A stretch of DNA of 64,000 bases from an uncultured virus (IMG/VR IMGVR_UViG_3300032030_000023) (IMGVR_UViG_3300032030_000023:1-64000), one strand, 5' to 3'; numbered from the stretch's first letter, positions 29,356 to 39,847 are shown. The notes: a model not told the origin generated them from the sequence alone. Made by a program: numbers and translations.

Positions 29356-30918
29356 ATGCCAATTTATAATACTAATAAATTTTGGAATTATATAACAAAT
29401 GAACCTTATGGTGTGATTCTTAAATGTAAAGATATATTAACAAGAAAAGATTATAACTTTGATACTAAGACTTATGATATATCCTATTATTATAATAACA
29501 TATCATCTTTCACTGTAGAAAACTTTAGATATGATACTATACGATTTCCAGCTGGTCTTACTAAGTATGTATCTGAAAAAGCAGGAATATCTATTGAAAA
29601 TTTACCAATAGATCCTATTTACAATTACACAGAAGAACAAGTACTAGAATATGCAAATAAAGTAAAAGCTATAAATCCAAAATATGAAGTACGAGATTAT
29701 CAAGTAAAAGCCTGTCTTACCTCTCTTAATAATTTCAGAAGTCTTATTGTAGCAGGTACAGGATCAGGCAAAACTTCCATAATGTCATTGTTATGCCTCA
29801 TCCTGTATGAGTCTAAAATACTTATAATGAATGGTAATAACTTCATTTTACAACAAATATATGATAGACTTATATCATTTGGAGAAACTGATATTAGTTG
29901 GAATCCATCGGAAGATCCAGATTACTCTAAAAGAATTGTTATTATGAATACGTCATTATCAGATAGTAGACTAAATACACAAGATCAAAATTATATCAAA
30001 TATCTATCTACAGTTAATGTAGTAATACAGGATGAGGCACATCATTTTCAGTCATTAACAGCTTTTGAACCTTTATTCTATACAAATCCAGATAAATTAG
30101 AACGTATTGTAGGATATACTGCATCTCCATTCAGAGAATATAAAAATCCTTATAAAAATTCAGATGACTTTAGACTTATTGGCTTATTAGGAGAACCAGC
30201 ATTTACATATGATATGAAACAATCTATAGCTGACGGTAATATTGCTCAACCATATGGATATTTCATACGCTATCAGAATAAAATTCCTTTTATACCAGAA
30301 CAATTTAAAGACAATTATTATATGAAATATCGTGTATCTATAACTTATAACAAAGCTCGTAATAAAGCTGGTTTTGAAATGATAAAATACTTATATAAAC
30401 ATAACATCATTACATTTATATCATTAAACAATATCAAACCTGCTCAAAGATTATTAGAAAAATTAGCTAAAGAAAATGTACCTGCTATTATTATATGTGG
30501 TGATAATAAAATCTATAGAACTACAACCTCTAAAAAAGGAAAAGTTAAAATAGTAGAAGAAGATGGTAATACAGATACTCTTAAAACAGAATTACAGAAT
30601 GGGCTAAAGATTGTTATAGGAACTTCAGTGCTTGATGAAGGCGTAGATATAGACATGTTTCAAGCCACAATTCTTTACACAGCTGGGAAGACTCCTATCT
30701 CAGCTTTGCAAAGAGTTGGTAGAAGTGTCAGAAAGAAAGTAAATGGTATGAATGTTTCTTTAGCTATAGACTTCAGAGATGAAGGTGGATTACAAACATT
30801 CAAAGATCATTATTTACAGAGAAGAGAACTAATGGAAAATTCTGGAGTTAAAATCTTAAATGATGTACATGATTTCTTAGAGTTAGTAGAGAAGATTGAA
30901 AATGCCAAAGACGAATAA
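29356..30918 (+). CDS. uvsW: SF2 DEAH helicase, UvsW-like
   Basis: RDYQ, AGTGSGKT, DEAHH, TAS, EGVDI, QRVGRSVR motifs. Confidence 0.8.
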   Translation: MPIYNTNKFWNYITNEPYGVILKCKDILTRKDYNFDTKTYDISYYYNNISSFTVENFRYDTIRFPAGLTKYVSEKAGISIENLPIDPIYNYTEEQVLEYANKVKAINPKYEVRDYQVKACLTSLNNFRSLIVAGTGSGKTSIMSLLCLILYESKILIMNGNNFILQQIYDRLISFGETDISWNPSEDPDYSKRIVIMNTSLSDSRLNTQDQNYIKYLSTVNVVIQDEAHHFQSLTAFEPLFYTNPDKLERIVGYTASPFREYKNPYKNSDDFRLIGLLGEPAFTYDMKQSIADGNIAQPYGYFIRYQNKIPFIPEQFKDNYYMKYRVSITYNKARNKAGFEMIKYLYKHNIITFISLNNIKPAQRLLEKLAKENVPAIIICGDNKIYRTTTSKKGKVKIVEEDGNTDTLKTELQNGLKIVIGTSVLDEGVDIDMFQATILYTAGKTPISALQRVGRSVRKKVNGMNVSLAIDFRDEGGLQTFKDHYLQRRELMENSGVKILNDVHDFLELVEKIENAKDE

Positions 30919-31012
30919 AAATACACTATACAGAAAATTAATTTTCAAAGTAGTGATTTAATAATACTTCTATAATAATGTAAATAACAAGTTTAATTTT
31001 ATGGAGAAAATA

Positions 31013-32443
31013 ATGTCAGAAGAATCTAAAATACCTGAAGAAATTTCATTTGAAGAAGAGTTTGATCTGAATATACAAAGAAAGTTTTTAGGATTATTGG
31101 TATTAGATAAAACATGGGCAGAATTAAATGGCATTAAAATAATTAAACCAGAATATTTTGAAGATACAGTACTATATAATATATGTAAATGGATTCATAA
31201 ATACTACGATAAATATAAAGATATACCTACAAAGTTAATATTAAAAGAAACAGCAAAAGATTATGTAAACGCAAAATCAGAAAACTTACAAAGATTTTTC
31301 TTATATTCAGATGCTCTAGAAGATATTTTTTCAATAGATGGTGGTAGTGCATCTTTACAATACTATCAAGATAAAGCTATTGCATTCATTAGACAGCAAA
31401 CATGGAAGCAAGCTATATCTAAAGCAGGTAAAGTTTTTTCTTTGCATAATTATGAAGTTGCAATGAACTTATTTAAACAAATTATGAGTATAGGATCAGA
31501 AAACGATCTTGGTCTAGAACTTAATAAACTTACAGCTGATGAATTCTTATCTCTTGTTGGTAATACATATGATACTTCTAATATGATAAAAACAGGAATA
31601 GCTTCTTGGGATGCAGGTTTAGGTGGAGGTTTTGTGAAAGACAACATACACTTGATTTGCGCAGCTCCTGGAGGTGGAAAATCGCGTATGATGGCTTACT
31701 TAACACGAGTTGCATTAGAAAATATGAAAAAAGTTATATTTATTACACTCGAGTTAACTGAAACAGAAACTATGGCAAATATTCAAAGTGCTATTACTGG
31801 TATGACTATGTATGATATGTTAAAACCTGAAAATAGAGCTGAATTTGAAGAAAAGACTGCAATGTTTCAGAATACATTTGCTTCAGACTGTTTTGTTAAA
31901 TTTTATAAACCATCGACTGTAACTGCTGATACTATTCAAAATTACATCTATAAAGTCATACAATTTAAGAAAGAAAAAGAAGGTGTAGATTGGAAACCTG
32001 ATGTTATTTTCTTAGACTATCTTGATAAATTACTACCAACACAGAAAGTTAAAGGTAATATTTACGAAGATATCGGTGGTGTAGCTGATGACTGTAAAAA
32101 CCTCGCTATCACTTTTAGTTGCCCTGTTATTTCAGGATCACAATTAGGTAGAATCTCTTGGAATCTTAATGGAGATGAGGTCATAAGTATGGCAAATATA
32201 AGTGAAAGTGCTAGAAAGGCTCACTTAGCTCATTCAATAACAACAATCAACGTTAATCCTGGCGAAAAAGAACTTGGTAAAGCACGCTTATTCATGGCTA
32301 AATCTCGTAATGGACAACCTGGAAAGACTATTTTCATAGAACAGAATCTTGGCAAATGTTTAATGTATGAAGTCGATCCTTGGGATCCGAAGACATTACA
32401 AGGTACTACTATTTATACCATTAAAGGAGCAAATCAGCAATAA
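31013..32443 (+). CDS. DnaB-like replicative helicase (T4 gp41-like)
   Basis: Walker A AAPGGGKS, FITLEL, IFLDYLD, SQLGR, ISES, KSRNG. Confidence 0.88.
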   Translation: MSEESKIPEEISFEEEFDLNIQRKFLGLLVLDKTWAELNGIKIIKPEYFEDTVLYNICKWIHKYYDKYKDIPTKLILKETAKDYVNAKSENLQRFFLYSDALEDIFSIDGGSASLQYYQDKAIAFIRQQTWKQAISKAGKVFSLHNYEVAMNLFKQIMSIGSENDLGLELNKLTADEFLSLVGNTYDTSNMIKTGIASWDAGLGGGFVKDNIHLICAAPGGGKSRMMAYLTRVALENMKKVIFITLELTETETMANIQSAITGMTMYDMLKPENRAEFEEKTAMFQNTFASDCFVKFYKPSTVTADTIQNYIYKVIQFKKEKEGVDWKPDVIFLDYLDKLLPTQKVKGNIYEDIGGVADDCKNLAITFSCPVISGSQLGRISWNLNGDEVISMANISESARKAHLAHSITTINVNPGEKELGKARLFMAKSRNGQPGKTIFIEQNLGKCLMYEVDPWDPKTLQGTTIYTIKGANQQ

Positions 32444-32445
32444 AA

Positions 32446-33303
32446 ATGGTTAAGTATAAGCTAAAAGAATTTACTTGTAGAATATGTGGAAAGAAATTTA
32501 AAGCGCGTTTTTCACATAATATGACTTGTTCCATTAAATGTAAAAGTAGAGCACGTAAATTAGATTCTTATCCACCTACTGGAATTAGAAAGTGTGATTA
32601 TTGTGGAAAAGAGTATTACTATATTCATGGAATGCCTAACTGGAATAAAAATGGAGCCTATAATAAAAGAGGATCTTTTGAATCTAGTAAATATTGTTGT
32701 TATGAATGTGGTAAAGCCGTTTCTAGAAATAAAAGTAAACAATCTAAATATGATAAGTATGGAGATCCAAATTATAATAATCTAGAAAAATACAAAGAAA
32801 CATGTCAAATCAAGTATAATACAGATAATACATTAAAAGTACCTGAAATAAAGGCTAGAAGAAATGCTACTAATTTAAAAAATTTAGGAGTTGAATATCC
32901 ATTACAAAATGAAGAAATATATAAGAAAACTTTAAAAAATAATAAAACGCATATTACAGAGACTAAAATATTTAATCTTATAAAAGAAATATATCCAGAT
33001 GTAATAAGAGAATATAAATCTGATAAATATCCATGGTTCTGTGATTTTTATATTCCGTCTTTAGATCTTTATATTGAATTTCAGGGACATTGGTCTCATG
33101 GTTTAAAACCTTATAATCCAAATGATCCAAATGACAAATTACAATTAGAGAAGTGGATTGAGTGTGAATATAAAAAATCTATAAAAATATGGACAGTTAT
33201 TGATCCACTCAAGCGCGAAACAGCTAAAAAGAATAATATAACACTATTAGAATTTTTCACGATGCGTGAATTTAATGAATGGTATGCTAAACAAAAACCA
33301 TAG
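32446..33303 (+). CDS. homing endonuclease-like protein (Zn-fingers plus PD-(D/E)xK/Vsr-like domain)
   Basis: CxxC pairs; DFYIPSLDLYIEFQGHWSHG, paralogous to 3910..4773. Confidence 0.7.
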   Translation: MVKYKLKEFTCRICGKKFKARFSHNMTCSIKCKSRARKLDSYPPTGIRKCDYCGKEYYYIHGMPNWNKNGAYNKRGSFESSKYCCYECGKAVSRNKSKQSKYDKYGDPNYNNLEKYKETCQIKYNTDNTLKVPEIKARRNATNLKNLGVEYPLQNEEIYKKTLKNNKTHITETKIFNLIKEIYPDVIREYKSDKYPWFCDFYIPSLDLYIEFQGHWSHGLKPYNPNDPNDKLQLEKWIECEYKKSIKIWTVIDPLKRETAKKNNITLLEFFTMREFNEWYAKQKP

Positions 33304-33319
33304 ATTTTTATAAAGATAA

Positions 33320-33350
33320 AGGGTAGGTCTATTGTTGGATCTACCCTATT
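33320..33350. terminator. intrinsic terminator
   Basis: agggtaggtcta / tggatctaccct stem. Confidence 0.6.
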
Positions 33351-33477
33351 ATTATAGTTCTTAAGAAGTCGTTCTCTGGGTACTATATCTTCACCAATAA
33401 TTTTACTGAGACATCGTTCGCAATAGGTGACTATAATGTGTTTTTACCTTTATTTATAGAACTACTGTAAAAATTGC

Positions 33478-33506
33478 TTTACATTAATTATTTTGAAAGT
33501 TATATT
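33478..33506 (+). promoter_or_regulatory. sigma70-type promoter
   Basis: TTTACA-17 nt-TATATT. Confidence 0.5.
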
Positions 33507-33531
33507 ATATATTATTTGAAAAGGATTATAT

Positions 33532-33903
33532 ATGATAGATAAAGTTAAATTACAACAGCTGTTAATTGAAGGTAAAACGCTTGATGCATTAAGATTATAT
33601 GCAGGTGGTGATCATATTAAAAGCAATATGATATTTAAAACACTATATAAAATTGTAAATTTATTAAATACGCATCTTGGCGAGTTTTTGTATGTGTATC
33701 ACATTAGTGATAAAGAACTAAGAAAGTTTATAAATGAAAATAAACACTATTTTAGAAATGATAATCAACAGATTATTATAGCAGAAAATACAATCTGTAT
33801 TCCTAGAAATTCAGAATTTTATTTCTTGTTAAAAGCTTATAATTTCGATATAGCAACTGTTGTACATGCCTATAAAGATAAACAAAATGAGTTTGAAGAA
33901 TAA
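33532..33903 (+). CDS. hypothetical protein
   Basis: 123-aa ORF with RBS. Confidence 0.55.
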   Translation: MIDKVKLQQLLIEGKTLDALRLYAGGDHIKSNMIFKTLYKIVNLLNTHLGEFLYVYHISDKELRKFINENKHYFRNDNQQIIIAENTICIPRNSEFYFLLKAYNFDIATVVHAYKDKQNEFEE

Positions 33904-34333
33904 TTTAAAAATTTTAAGAGTTAAAGCAATGATGCCAATAACTATAATGTATACAAATGATAATACCTATATTCAAGACTGTATAAAAGAACATAAAGCC
34001 ATAATCTATTATATTATAGATCATTATAGTAAAGATACTTTTATGTCTTATGATGATTTATTTTATATTATTGTTAATTTTAAAAATTATGTAGCTAAAA
34101 ATAGAGGATATGATAGTTTTTATTTAAATTTTTTATGTTTAGATGAAGATATTATTGATAAGAAAGATGTTTATTTCGAAGAATATCAAGAGTATTTATC
34201 TCCTGCTACTATTGGAGCATTAGCTTTATGTATTGAAAGATATAAGTTTTATAAAAAATGCACACTTCCTCTTTATTTTTTAATAAAATTGTTTTACAAA
34301 TGTAAAAAAGCTATTTATAAAGGTAATAAATAA
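33887..34333 (+). CDS. hypothetical protein
   Basis: ORF in operon; start placed at MSLKNN. Confidence 0.5.
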   Translation: MSLKNNLKILRVKAMMPITIMYTNDNTYIQDCIKEHKAIIYYIIDHYSKDTFMSYDDLFYIIVNFKNYVAKNRGYDSFYLNFLCLDEDIIDKKDVYFEEYQEYLSPATIGALALCIERYKFYKKCTLPLYFLIKLFYKCKKAIYKGNK

Positions 34334-34409
34334 TGCATTGGATAATTGAACTTGTAATGGATATTATTGCTGATATTATAGCCAATTTATTCACTCAAAG
34401 GAAAAAGAA

Positions 34410-34736
34410 ATGATATGGTTTACTAATTGGAAGAAAAAGTATCAAGATTTAGTAGATAGACAGATTGCTACTTTAGATTTAATTGAAGATTATCTATATG
34501 AAGCCAAATTACAACCATGCGAAATTAAGAAACTTTGTAAAATATATCTTACGTTAAGTATAGAAGACGCAAAGCTTATGATACAATTACATAAAGATTC
34601 GTTGAATAAAAATTTAAATTCTGATACACCAAATTATATTAAAAGATATAGAGGTACACAACTCTGTAAAAAAAGAAATGTATATGTACCAATTCTTGAA
34701 AAAGAACTTAAGAAATTAGAAAAAGGAAAAAAGTAA
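34410..34736 (+). CDS. hypothetical protein
   Basis: 108-aa ORF with RBS. Confidence 0.55.
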   Translation: MIWFTNWKKKYQDLVDRQIATLDLIEDYLYEAKLQPCEIKKLCKIYLTLSIEDAKLMIQLHKDSLNKNLNSDTPNYIKRYRGTQLCKKRNVYVPILEKELKKLEKGKK

Positions 34737-35876
34737 ATGCATATTATAAATGATATTCAATTAGATTATTGTGATGTATTAATTGCAGCTCAAACTACAA
34801 CAGTTAATCATAGAGGAGATGTCAATATCAAAAGACATTTTAAAAATTTATTAGATTTCGATTGTTGTCCAATTATGAATGCTAATATGACTCAAACAGG
34901 TACATTTGAAGTTGCTGAAAAATTAATTGAAAATGGTATGATTGGTTGTATTCATAAATTTTATACAGGTGAACAAATTAAAAAATTTTTAGATTCTGGT
35001 AAAGTTGGATCACTTGGTACAAACCGATTTTTTATTACTATTGGTTTACGTAATCAAGATGAAGAATTGATGAAGTTAAAGTATTCAGGTTTAGATAAAT
35101 ATTTTTGGTCCATTATGATCGATGTACCGAATGCTTATATTCCTGCAGTTGAAGATTTAGTTAAACGTGTACGTAATGAATTTCCTGATAAAATTATTGC
35201 TGTTGGTAATGTTTGTACTGGAGATAGAACACAAGAATTAATCAAAGCTGGTGCGACATTTATAAAGCTAAATGTGGGTCCATCAAAAGTTTGTCGCACA
35301 AGATTTGAAACTGGATGTGGTCGTCCTGCTCTTTCTACTGTTATTGAGTGTGCAAATGCAGCTCATCAAGTTGGTGGATTAGTTATTGCTGATGGTGGAT
35401 TTAATGAAGTTGGTGATTTCGCTAAAGCATTTGTAGCGGGAGCTGATGTTTGTATGTCTGGATGTTTCTTTGCTGGATGTGATGAAGCAGCAGGTAATAT
35501 AATTAAAAAAGTTTATAAAACAAATGAAGTAGAAGTTATTACATGTAATAAAAATAATGAAAATGTTAATCCTTTAGATTACGATTATGATGTTTGTGAT
35601 ATAGTCGAAACAGCCCCAGTATATGAAATCAAGAAATTTAAAGAGTATTATGGCATGAGTTCTTTCAGAGCACAACAAGAGAATTATGGTCAAGTAACAA
35701 AAACTGGTACTTCAGAAGGTGTTGAAAGTAAATTAATTCCGTATACAGGACCTGTTATTGATACTATAAATAAGATTAAAGGCGGATTAAGAAGTACTGG
35801 TAGTTATATTGGTGCTAAAAATATTAAACATTTTAGTCGTCAAGGTATATTTTATAGAACAAATAGGGTACAATAG
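34737..35876 (+). CDS. guaC: GMP reductase (IMPDH/GMPR family)
   Basis: LDYCDVLI, PIMNANM, GNVCT, VGPSKVCRTR..G.G.P, IADGG, YYGMSS, SEG, GGLRS; no CBS domains. Confidence 0.8.
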   Translation: MHIINDIQLDYCDVLIAAQTTTVNHRGDVNIKRHFKNLLDFDCCPIMNANMTQTGTFEVAEKLIENGMIGCIHKFYTGEQIKKFLDSGKVGSLGTNRFFITIGLRNQDEELMKLKYSGLDKYFWSIMIDVPNAYIPAVEDLVKRVRNEFPDKIIAVGNVCTGDRTQELIKAGATFIKLNVGPSKVCRTRFETGCGRPALSTVIECANAAHQVGGLVIADGGFNEVGDFAKAFVAGADVCMSGCFFAGCDEAAGNIIKKVYKTNEVEVITCNKNNENVNPLDYDYDVCDIVETAPVYEIKKFKEYYGMSSFRAQQENYGQVTKTGTSEGVESKLIPYTGPVIDTINKIKGGLRSTGSYIGAKNIKHFSRQGIFYRTNRVQ

Positions 35877-35886
35877 TGAGGTCAGT

Positions 35887-36030
35887 ATGTCTATAGAAAA
35901 ATTAGAAATGATTTTAAGAACTATTTTTATGTGTGTTTGTATTATGTCTTTTGCATATTGTCAAGCAAAAGTTGAAAGTACAAAAAATAAAACTGTTATT
36001 GTAGAAGATTGTAAAAATATTGAAAGGTAA
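35887..36030 (+). CDS. small membrane/secreted protein
   Basis: 47 aa, hydrophobic helix, gagg RBS. Confidence 0.4.
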   Translation: MSIEKLEMILRTIFMCVCIMSFAYCQAKVESTKNKTVIVEDCKNIER

Positions 36031-36034
36031 AATA

Positions 36035-36406
36035 ATGAATAAACAAGAACAAAATAGAACGATTCATAGAGTTATTAGTGTATTTGGTGCTAAAAATCAA
36101 AAAATGCAAGCTATTGAAGAACTCATTGAGCTTCAAAAAGAAGTTTTTGAAAATGTACATCGTGAAACTAATAACAGACAGAATATTCTTGAAGAAGTAA
36201 CTGATGTTGAAATTATGTTAGCACAGTTAAAAGAAATTTATGGTTTTGACGAGAAACAACTTGAAGATATGAAAGATTATAAATTATCTAGATTAAATCG
36301 TACTATTGATAAGTATTTAAGATCTCAACAAGAAGATCAAAATGTAGAATCTGATAATAATGAGATTCATATCTTACGTAAAATTTCTAATGAAGGAAAA
36401 GAATAA
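36035..36406 (+). CDS. MazG-like nucleotide pyrophosphohydrolase
   Basis: Q..AIEEL.EL...ILEEVTDVEIML.QL pattern. Confidence 0.7.
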   Translation: MNKQEQNRTIHRVISVFGAKNQKMQAIEELIELQKEVFENVHRETNNRQNILEEVTDVEIMLAQLKEIYGFDEKQLEDMKDYKLSRLNRTIDKYLRSQQEDQNVESDNNEIHILRKISNEGKE

Positions 36407-36409
36407 AAA

Positions 36410-36652
36410 ATGATAGAAGAACGGTGTGTGTTTTTAGAAAATGGATTTGTAGGTGATAATGAATGGATTTCTGTAGATAATAAAGAAAATCCTAAAATTA
36501 CTGCTGTCAATTGGCTAAGAACACACCCAGAATTCTATTCACCAATTCGATTAGATGAATCTAGAATTTTAGCTGTTGTAGTACGTACACCAAATGACAA
36601 AGAATATTTATATCAAATAGAAGTTACTGCTCAATTTAAAATTGTTGGTTAA
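36410..36652 (+). CDS. hypothetical protein
   Basis: 80-aa ORF in operon. Confidence 0.5.
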   Translation: MIEERCVFLENGFVGDNEWISVDNKENPKITAVNWLRTHPEFYSPIRLDESRILAVVVRTPNDKEYLYQIEVTAQFKIVG

Positions 36653-36696
36653 ACAAGTTCTAATAGTTAAGTTAATACTACTATTAGGCAGAATTT

Positions 36697-37182
36697 ATGA
36701 GACTCTATACAGATGCTAGTACTAGAGGTAAAATTTCTGGAATAGCATATGTCGCAACGACAAGTAAAAATGTAGAACTTTATAAAGCTGGTGTTACGAT
36801 AGATCAACCGGATAATAATACTGCTGAGCTTTTAGCTATTCTCTATGCTATAGATGATACACAACCATTACTTCAAGAAAATGAACATACAACTATTTTA
36901 ACTGATTCTACATATGCAATAAATGCAATTAGAACAGGTAAATGTAGAGAAAATGAAAAGCCTCTTGTTCATAAAATTCAAGATATGATGACTTATGGTA
37001 AGTATGCATTGTGGCATGTTAAAGGACATTGTCAAGACGGCACTGTCCTTTCTTATTTTAATAAAAGAGCTGATAAAATGTCTAAAGTAGTTAGAAGATT
37101 AGAAGAAAAGAGATTAGAAACAGAAAAGAAAAAGAAAAAATTCTTATCTGTATTAAAGAATCAAACACAATTGGACCGTTAA
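36697..37182 (+). CDS. rnhA: ribonuclease HI
   Basis: LYTDAS, NNTAELLA, TDSTY, HVKGH, N.RAD. Confidence 0.88.
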   Translation: MRLYTDASTRGKISGIAYVATTSKNVELYKAGVTIDQPDNNTAELLAILYAIDDTQPLLQENEHTTILTDSTYAINAIRTGKCRENEKPLVHKIQDMMTYGKYALWHVKGHCQDGTVLSYFNKRADKMSKVVRRLEEKRLETEKKKKKFLSVLKNQTQLDR

Positions 37183-37266
37183 TTTTTAGCTTTACATCTG
37201 AAATAATGATGTTATAATGAATAAGTTCTAAATAAGATAATGTTTCTCTATAGGGGATTGTGATCA

Positions 37267-37569
37267 ATGATAGATAAAAATATATTAACTAAAGAGATAA
37301 TTCAAATAGTAGCTGAAATTGCTGGAATGAATAAGAATAATATAACTCTTGATAGCAATTTAAAAAATGATTTAGGACTTGATAGTCTTGATACGATAGA
37401 TTTGATTATGGATTTAGAAAATAAATATAATATATCTATATATGATGATAATGCTATAGATCAAACATTTACTGTAAAGGATGTTATTGATTTAATTATA
37501 ATGGAATATGAGGAAACTGAAAATGTCGAAAAGAAAAGAAACAATAAAAATAAAAAGTCAAAAACCTAG
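37267..37569 (+). CDS. acpP: acyl carrier protein
   Basis: DLGLDSLDT phosphopantetheine site, LE.KY.I.I, TVKDVID. Confidence 0.85.
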   Translation: MIDKNILTKEIIQIVAEIAGMNKNNITLDSNLKNDLGLDSLDTIDLIMDLENKYNISIYDDNAIDQTFTVKDVIDLIIMEYEETENVEKKRNNKNKKSKT

Positions 37570-37708
37570 AAATTTTGAATTAATAGAATTACAAATTAAA
37601 GGTTTAATGAGAACAAGAGTTATTAGAAATAAAAAGAAAGATGTTAAAAAATTTAATTGGAAAAAAGATTGTGCGGATTATTTAAATTTTATACTTTATA
37701 GAGCTTAA
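37523..37708 (+). CDS. small basic protein
   Basis: KPRN...RTRVIRNKKK; gagg RBS. Confidence 0.45.
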   Translation: MSKRKETIKIKSQKPRNFELIELQIKGLMRTRVIRNKKKDVKKFNWKKDCADYLNFILYRA

Positions 37709-37771
37709 ACAATCCGCATTTTTTGTTCTAATATTAGTGTGTATTTTAATTATTATAAGGGACTTAATAAA

Positions 37772-38140
37772 ATGAATTACAGACATTTCACAGGTTTTAA
37801 TGAAAATTCTAAATTTGAAAAACTATCAGGTGATATTCAAAGAGCTATAGAAACACAGACTAATATAGACTTAGAAGCTAGAAAAATATCTCAGTATTTT
37901 AGAAAAACTTTTTCAGATGAAGATGTACAAGTAACATTTTTTAATAAAACTTGTGAAGAATATGCTAATAAAGATGAAAACGAATTAAAGAAATTAGTTA
38001 TAAAAGAATCTAAAGCTTTGTATTTTCATCAATTAACAAAAGATAGATTTGAATATTATGACAATTTAGCAAAATTAGAAGCTAAAAAATTAGATAATAT
38101 GATTAAATATAGAGTAAACGATCATTTTAAGGAATATTAA
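37772..38140 (+). CDS. hypothetical protein
   Basis: ORF with aaggga RBS and GTTCTA motif upstream. Confidence 0.55.
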   Translation: MNYRHFTGFNENSKFEKLSGDIQRAIETQTNIDLEARKISQYFRKTFSDEDVQVTFFNKTCEEYANKDENELKKLVIKESKALYFHQLTKDRFEYYDNLAKLEAKKLDNMIKYRVNDHFKEY

Positions 38141-38194
38141 TTGTGATTGACTTAACGAAATTACAAGAACTGTCAAAAAGAAGGAAATTAGCAG

Positions 38195-38800
38195 ATGAGA
38201 AAAATCTCAAATAAAGAATGTGAATCGTTGTTAAATACTTTATTATATCAATCACAAACTAATAATTTAGCAGCATTTACAGATAAAATAGGAAAATATT
38301 CATTTTATAATACAATAACTAATGAACATATTTTCTATAAAACTTATGAGGAAGCTTTAAATAAAATAATAAAACTAAAATGTTTTAAAGAATTACTGCA
38401 GAAAGACTTTTTATTACAATTAATAATATTATCTAAAAAATTAAAAATAGATCTTTTTTCAAGATATTTTTATTATGATGATTTATCAAAAGAATTAACA
38501 AATTTGCCAGTACAAATTTGGATTTGTAATCTTGGTAAAAAATATTTGCCTAGAATTTTTATTCAAAACAATTCGAATACATTGGAATATTTAAATAATA
38601 TATTAGAAGTAAGTCTTTATCCAAAAATAGAAATAAATGATCGCTTTAATTTTGGAAATAAATTAGCAAAAGATACAGAAGCTACGCTCTTAAATTGGAT
38701 TAATAATCATAAAAAGGATCTAATAAATGCAACAAAATCTGAAAAAGATTATGTACTATTCGTTAGATCATTAGAAAAGGAGAAAAATAATGGTAAATAA
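38195..38800 (+). CDS. hypothetical protein
   Basis: 201 aa; TNLPVQIWI...PRIFIQ segment. Confidence 0.55.
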   Translation: MRKISNKECESLLNTLLYQSQTNNLAAFTDKIGKYSFYNTITNEHIFYKTYEEALNKIIKLKCFKELLQKDFLLQLIILSKKLKIDLFSRYFYYDDLSKELTNLPVQIWICNLGKKYLPRIFIQNNSNTLEYLNNILEVSLYPKIEINDRFNFGNKLAKDTEATLLNWINNHKKDLINATKSEKDYVLFVRSLEKEKNNGK

Positions 38801-39356
38801 GAAAGAGTTAGAAGCTCAAACTCTTGAAGAACAAACTATTAAATCTTTAAAGAAAATTGCATATAGATTTGCATGGAATTTTGATAGGTCTTTTGCAAAG
38901 TTATTATTACCTGTCTTAAAAGCATATGTTTATGATGCTTCTAAATCTATTGACTTATCTCATTTAACAATGCCTTCTTTTATTAAAAAAAGATATTATG
39001 ATGCTTCATTATCTTCTAAACTTGATAAAAAGATTCATGATCATTATCTTAAAAAATCTCTACATTATTTAAATAGTTGTATTGATGTATTGCAAGATAT
39101 ATTAGATGAAGATACAGAAACTTGGAAAGAAAAATGGAAATATAAGGAATACTTTCCTATAGAATATGAAAAAATTCCAGTAAAAGTAAACAATAAAACT
39201 GTGTTTAATATTAAAATTAAACCAGAATTTGAAAAGAATAGAAAAAAGAATACAAAAATTTTAAGTTATAATAATTTTCGCTTTACAAAATGTTTAAGAT
39301 GGCGTAATAAATATTTATATTGGTTAGTTAAAAATCTTAAGCATTTGTGGTGGTAA
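38790..39356 (+). CDS. hypothetical protein
   Basis: 188 aa with aggag RBS. Confidence 0.55.
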   Translation: MVNKKELEAQTLEEQTIKSLKKIAYRFAWNFDRSFAKLLLPVLKAYVYDASKSIDLSHLTMPSFIKKRYYDASLSSKLDKKIHDHYLKKSLHYLNSCIDVLQDILDEDTETWKEKWKYKEYFPIEYEKIPVKVNNKTVFNIKIKPEFEKNRKKNTKILSYNNFRFTKCLRWRNKYLYWLVKNLKHLWW

Positions 39357-39577
39357 AGATGAGATTATATTGTATTGGAATAATTATCGCTGTTGTTGTT
39401 ACTTGTGTTGGAACAGGAATTTTAGGTTCTAAGATAAGTGATGTTATTCAAGAGAATCGAGTTATAGATCAATTACATGCTCAAGGCTATAAGTTAGTAA
39501 GAGCAAATAAAGCAGATCTTCCTTCTCTTGGATATTCAAAATGTGTTGAAGTAAATTATACTTATTATTGCAAATAG
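39347..39577 (+). CDS. small membrane-anchored protein
   Basis: N-terminal hydrophobic helix. Confidence 0.5.
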   Translation: MVVKMRLYCIGIIIAVVVTCVGTGILGSKISDVIQENRVIDQLHAQGYKLVRANKADLPSLGYSKCVEVNYTYYCK

Positions 39578-39586
39578 GAGATTAGA

Positions 39587-39847
39587 ATGAAAAAATTATT
39601 TATTTTAGCTTGTTTTTTAATTACTGCATGTACTAGTGCTCCAGAAGTTAAACCAGTATATCAAGCACAAACAAGACCTGTATATAATACAAATTGTTGT
39701 ACATCATCGCATACTGTTCGTAAGCCTGTGGAAATTATCTATGAAGATACTACTTATACTACAGTTTATGAACCAAAGACATATACCTCAACTAAAAGAG
39801 TTTCAATGCCTTATAACGATTGTACAATTAAATCTTTATGTCGTTAA
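39587..39847 (+). CDS. putative lipoprotein
   Basis: MKKLFILACFLITAC lipobox. Confidence 0.65.
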   Translation: MKKLFILACFLITACTSAPEVKPVYQAQTRPVYNTNCCTSSHTVRKPVEIIYEDTTYTTVYEPKTYTSTKRVSMPYNDCTIKSLCR

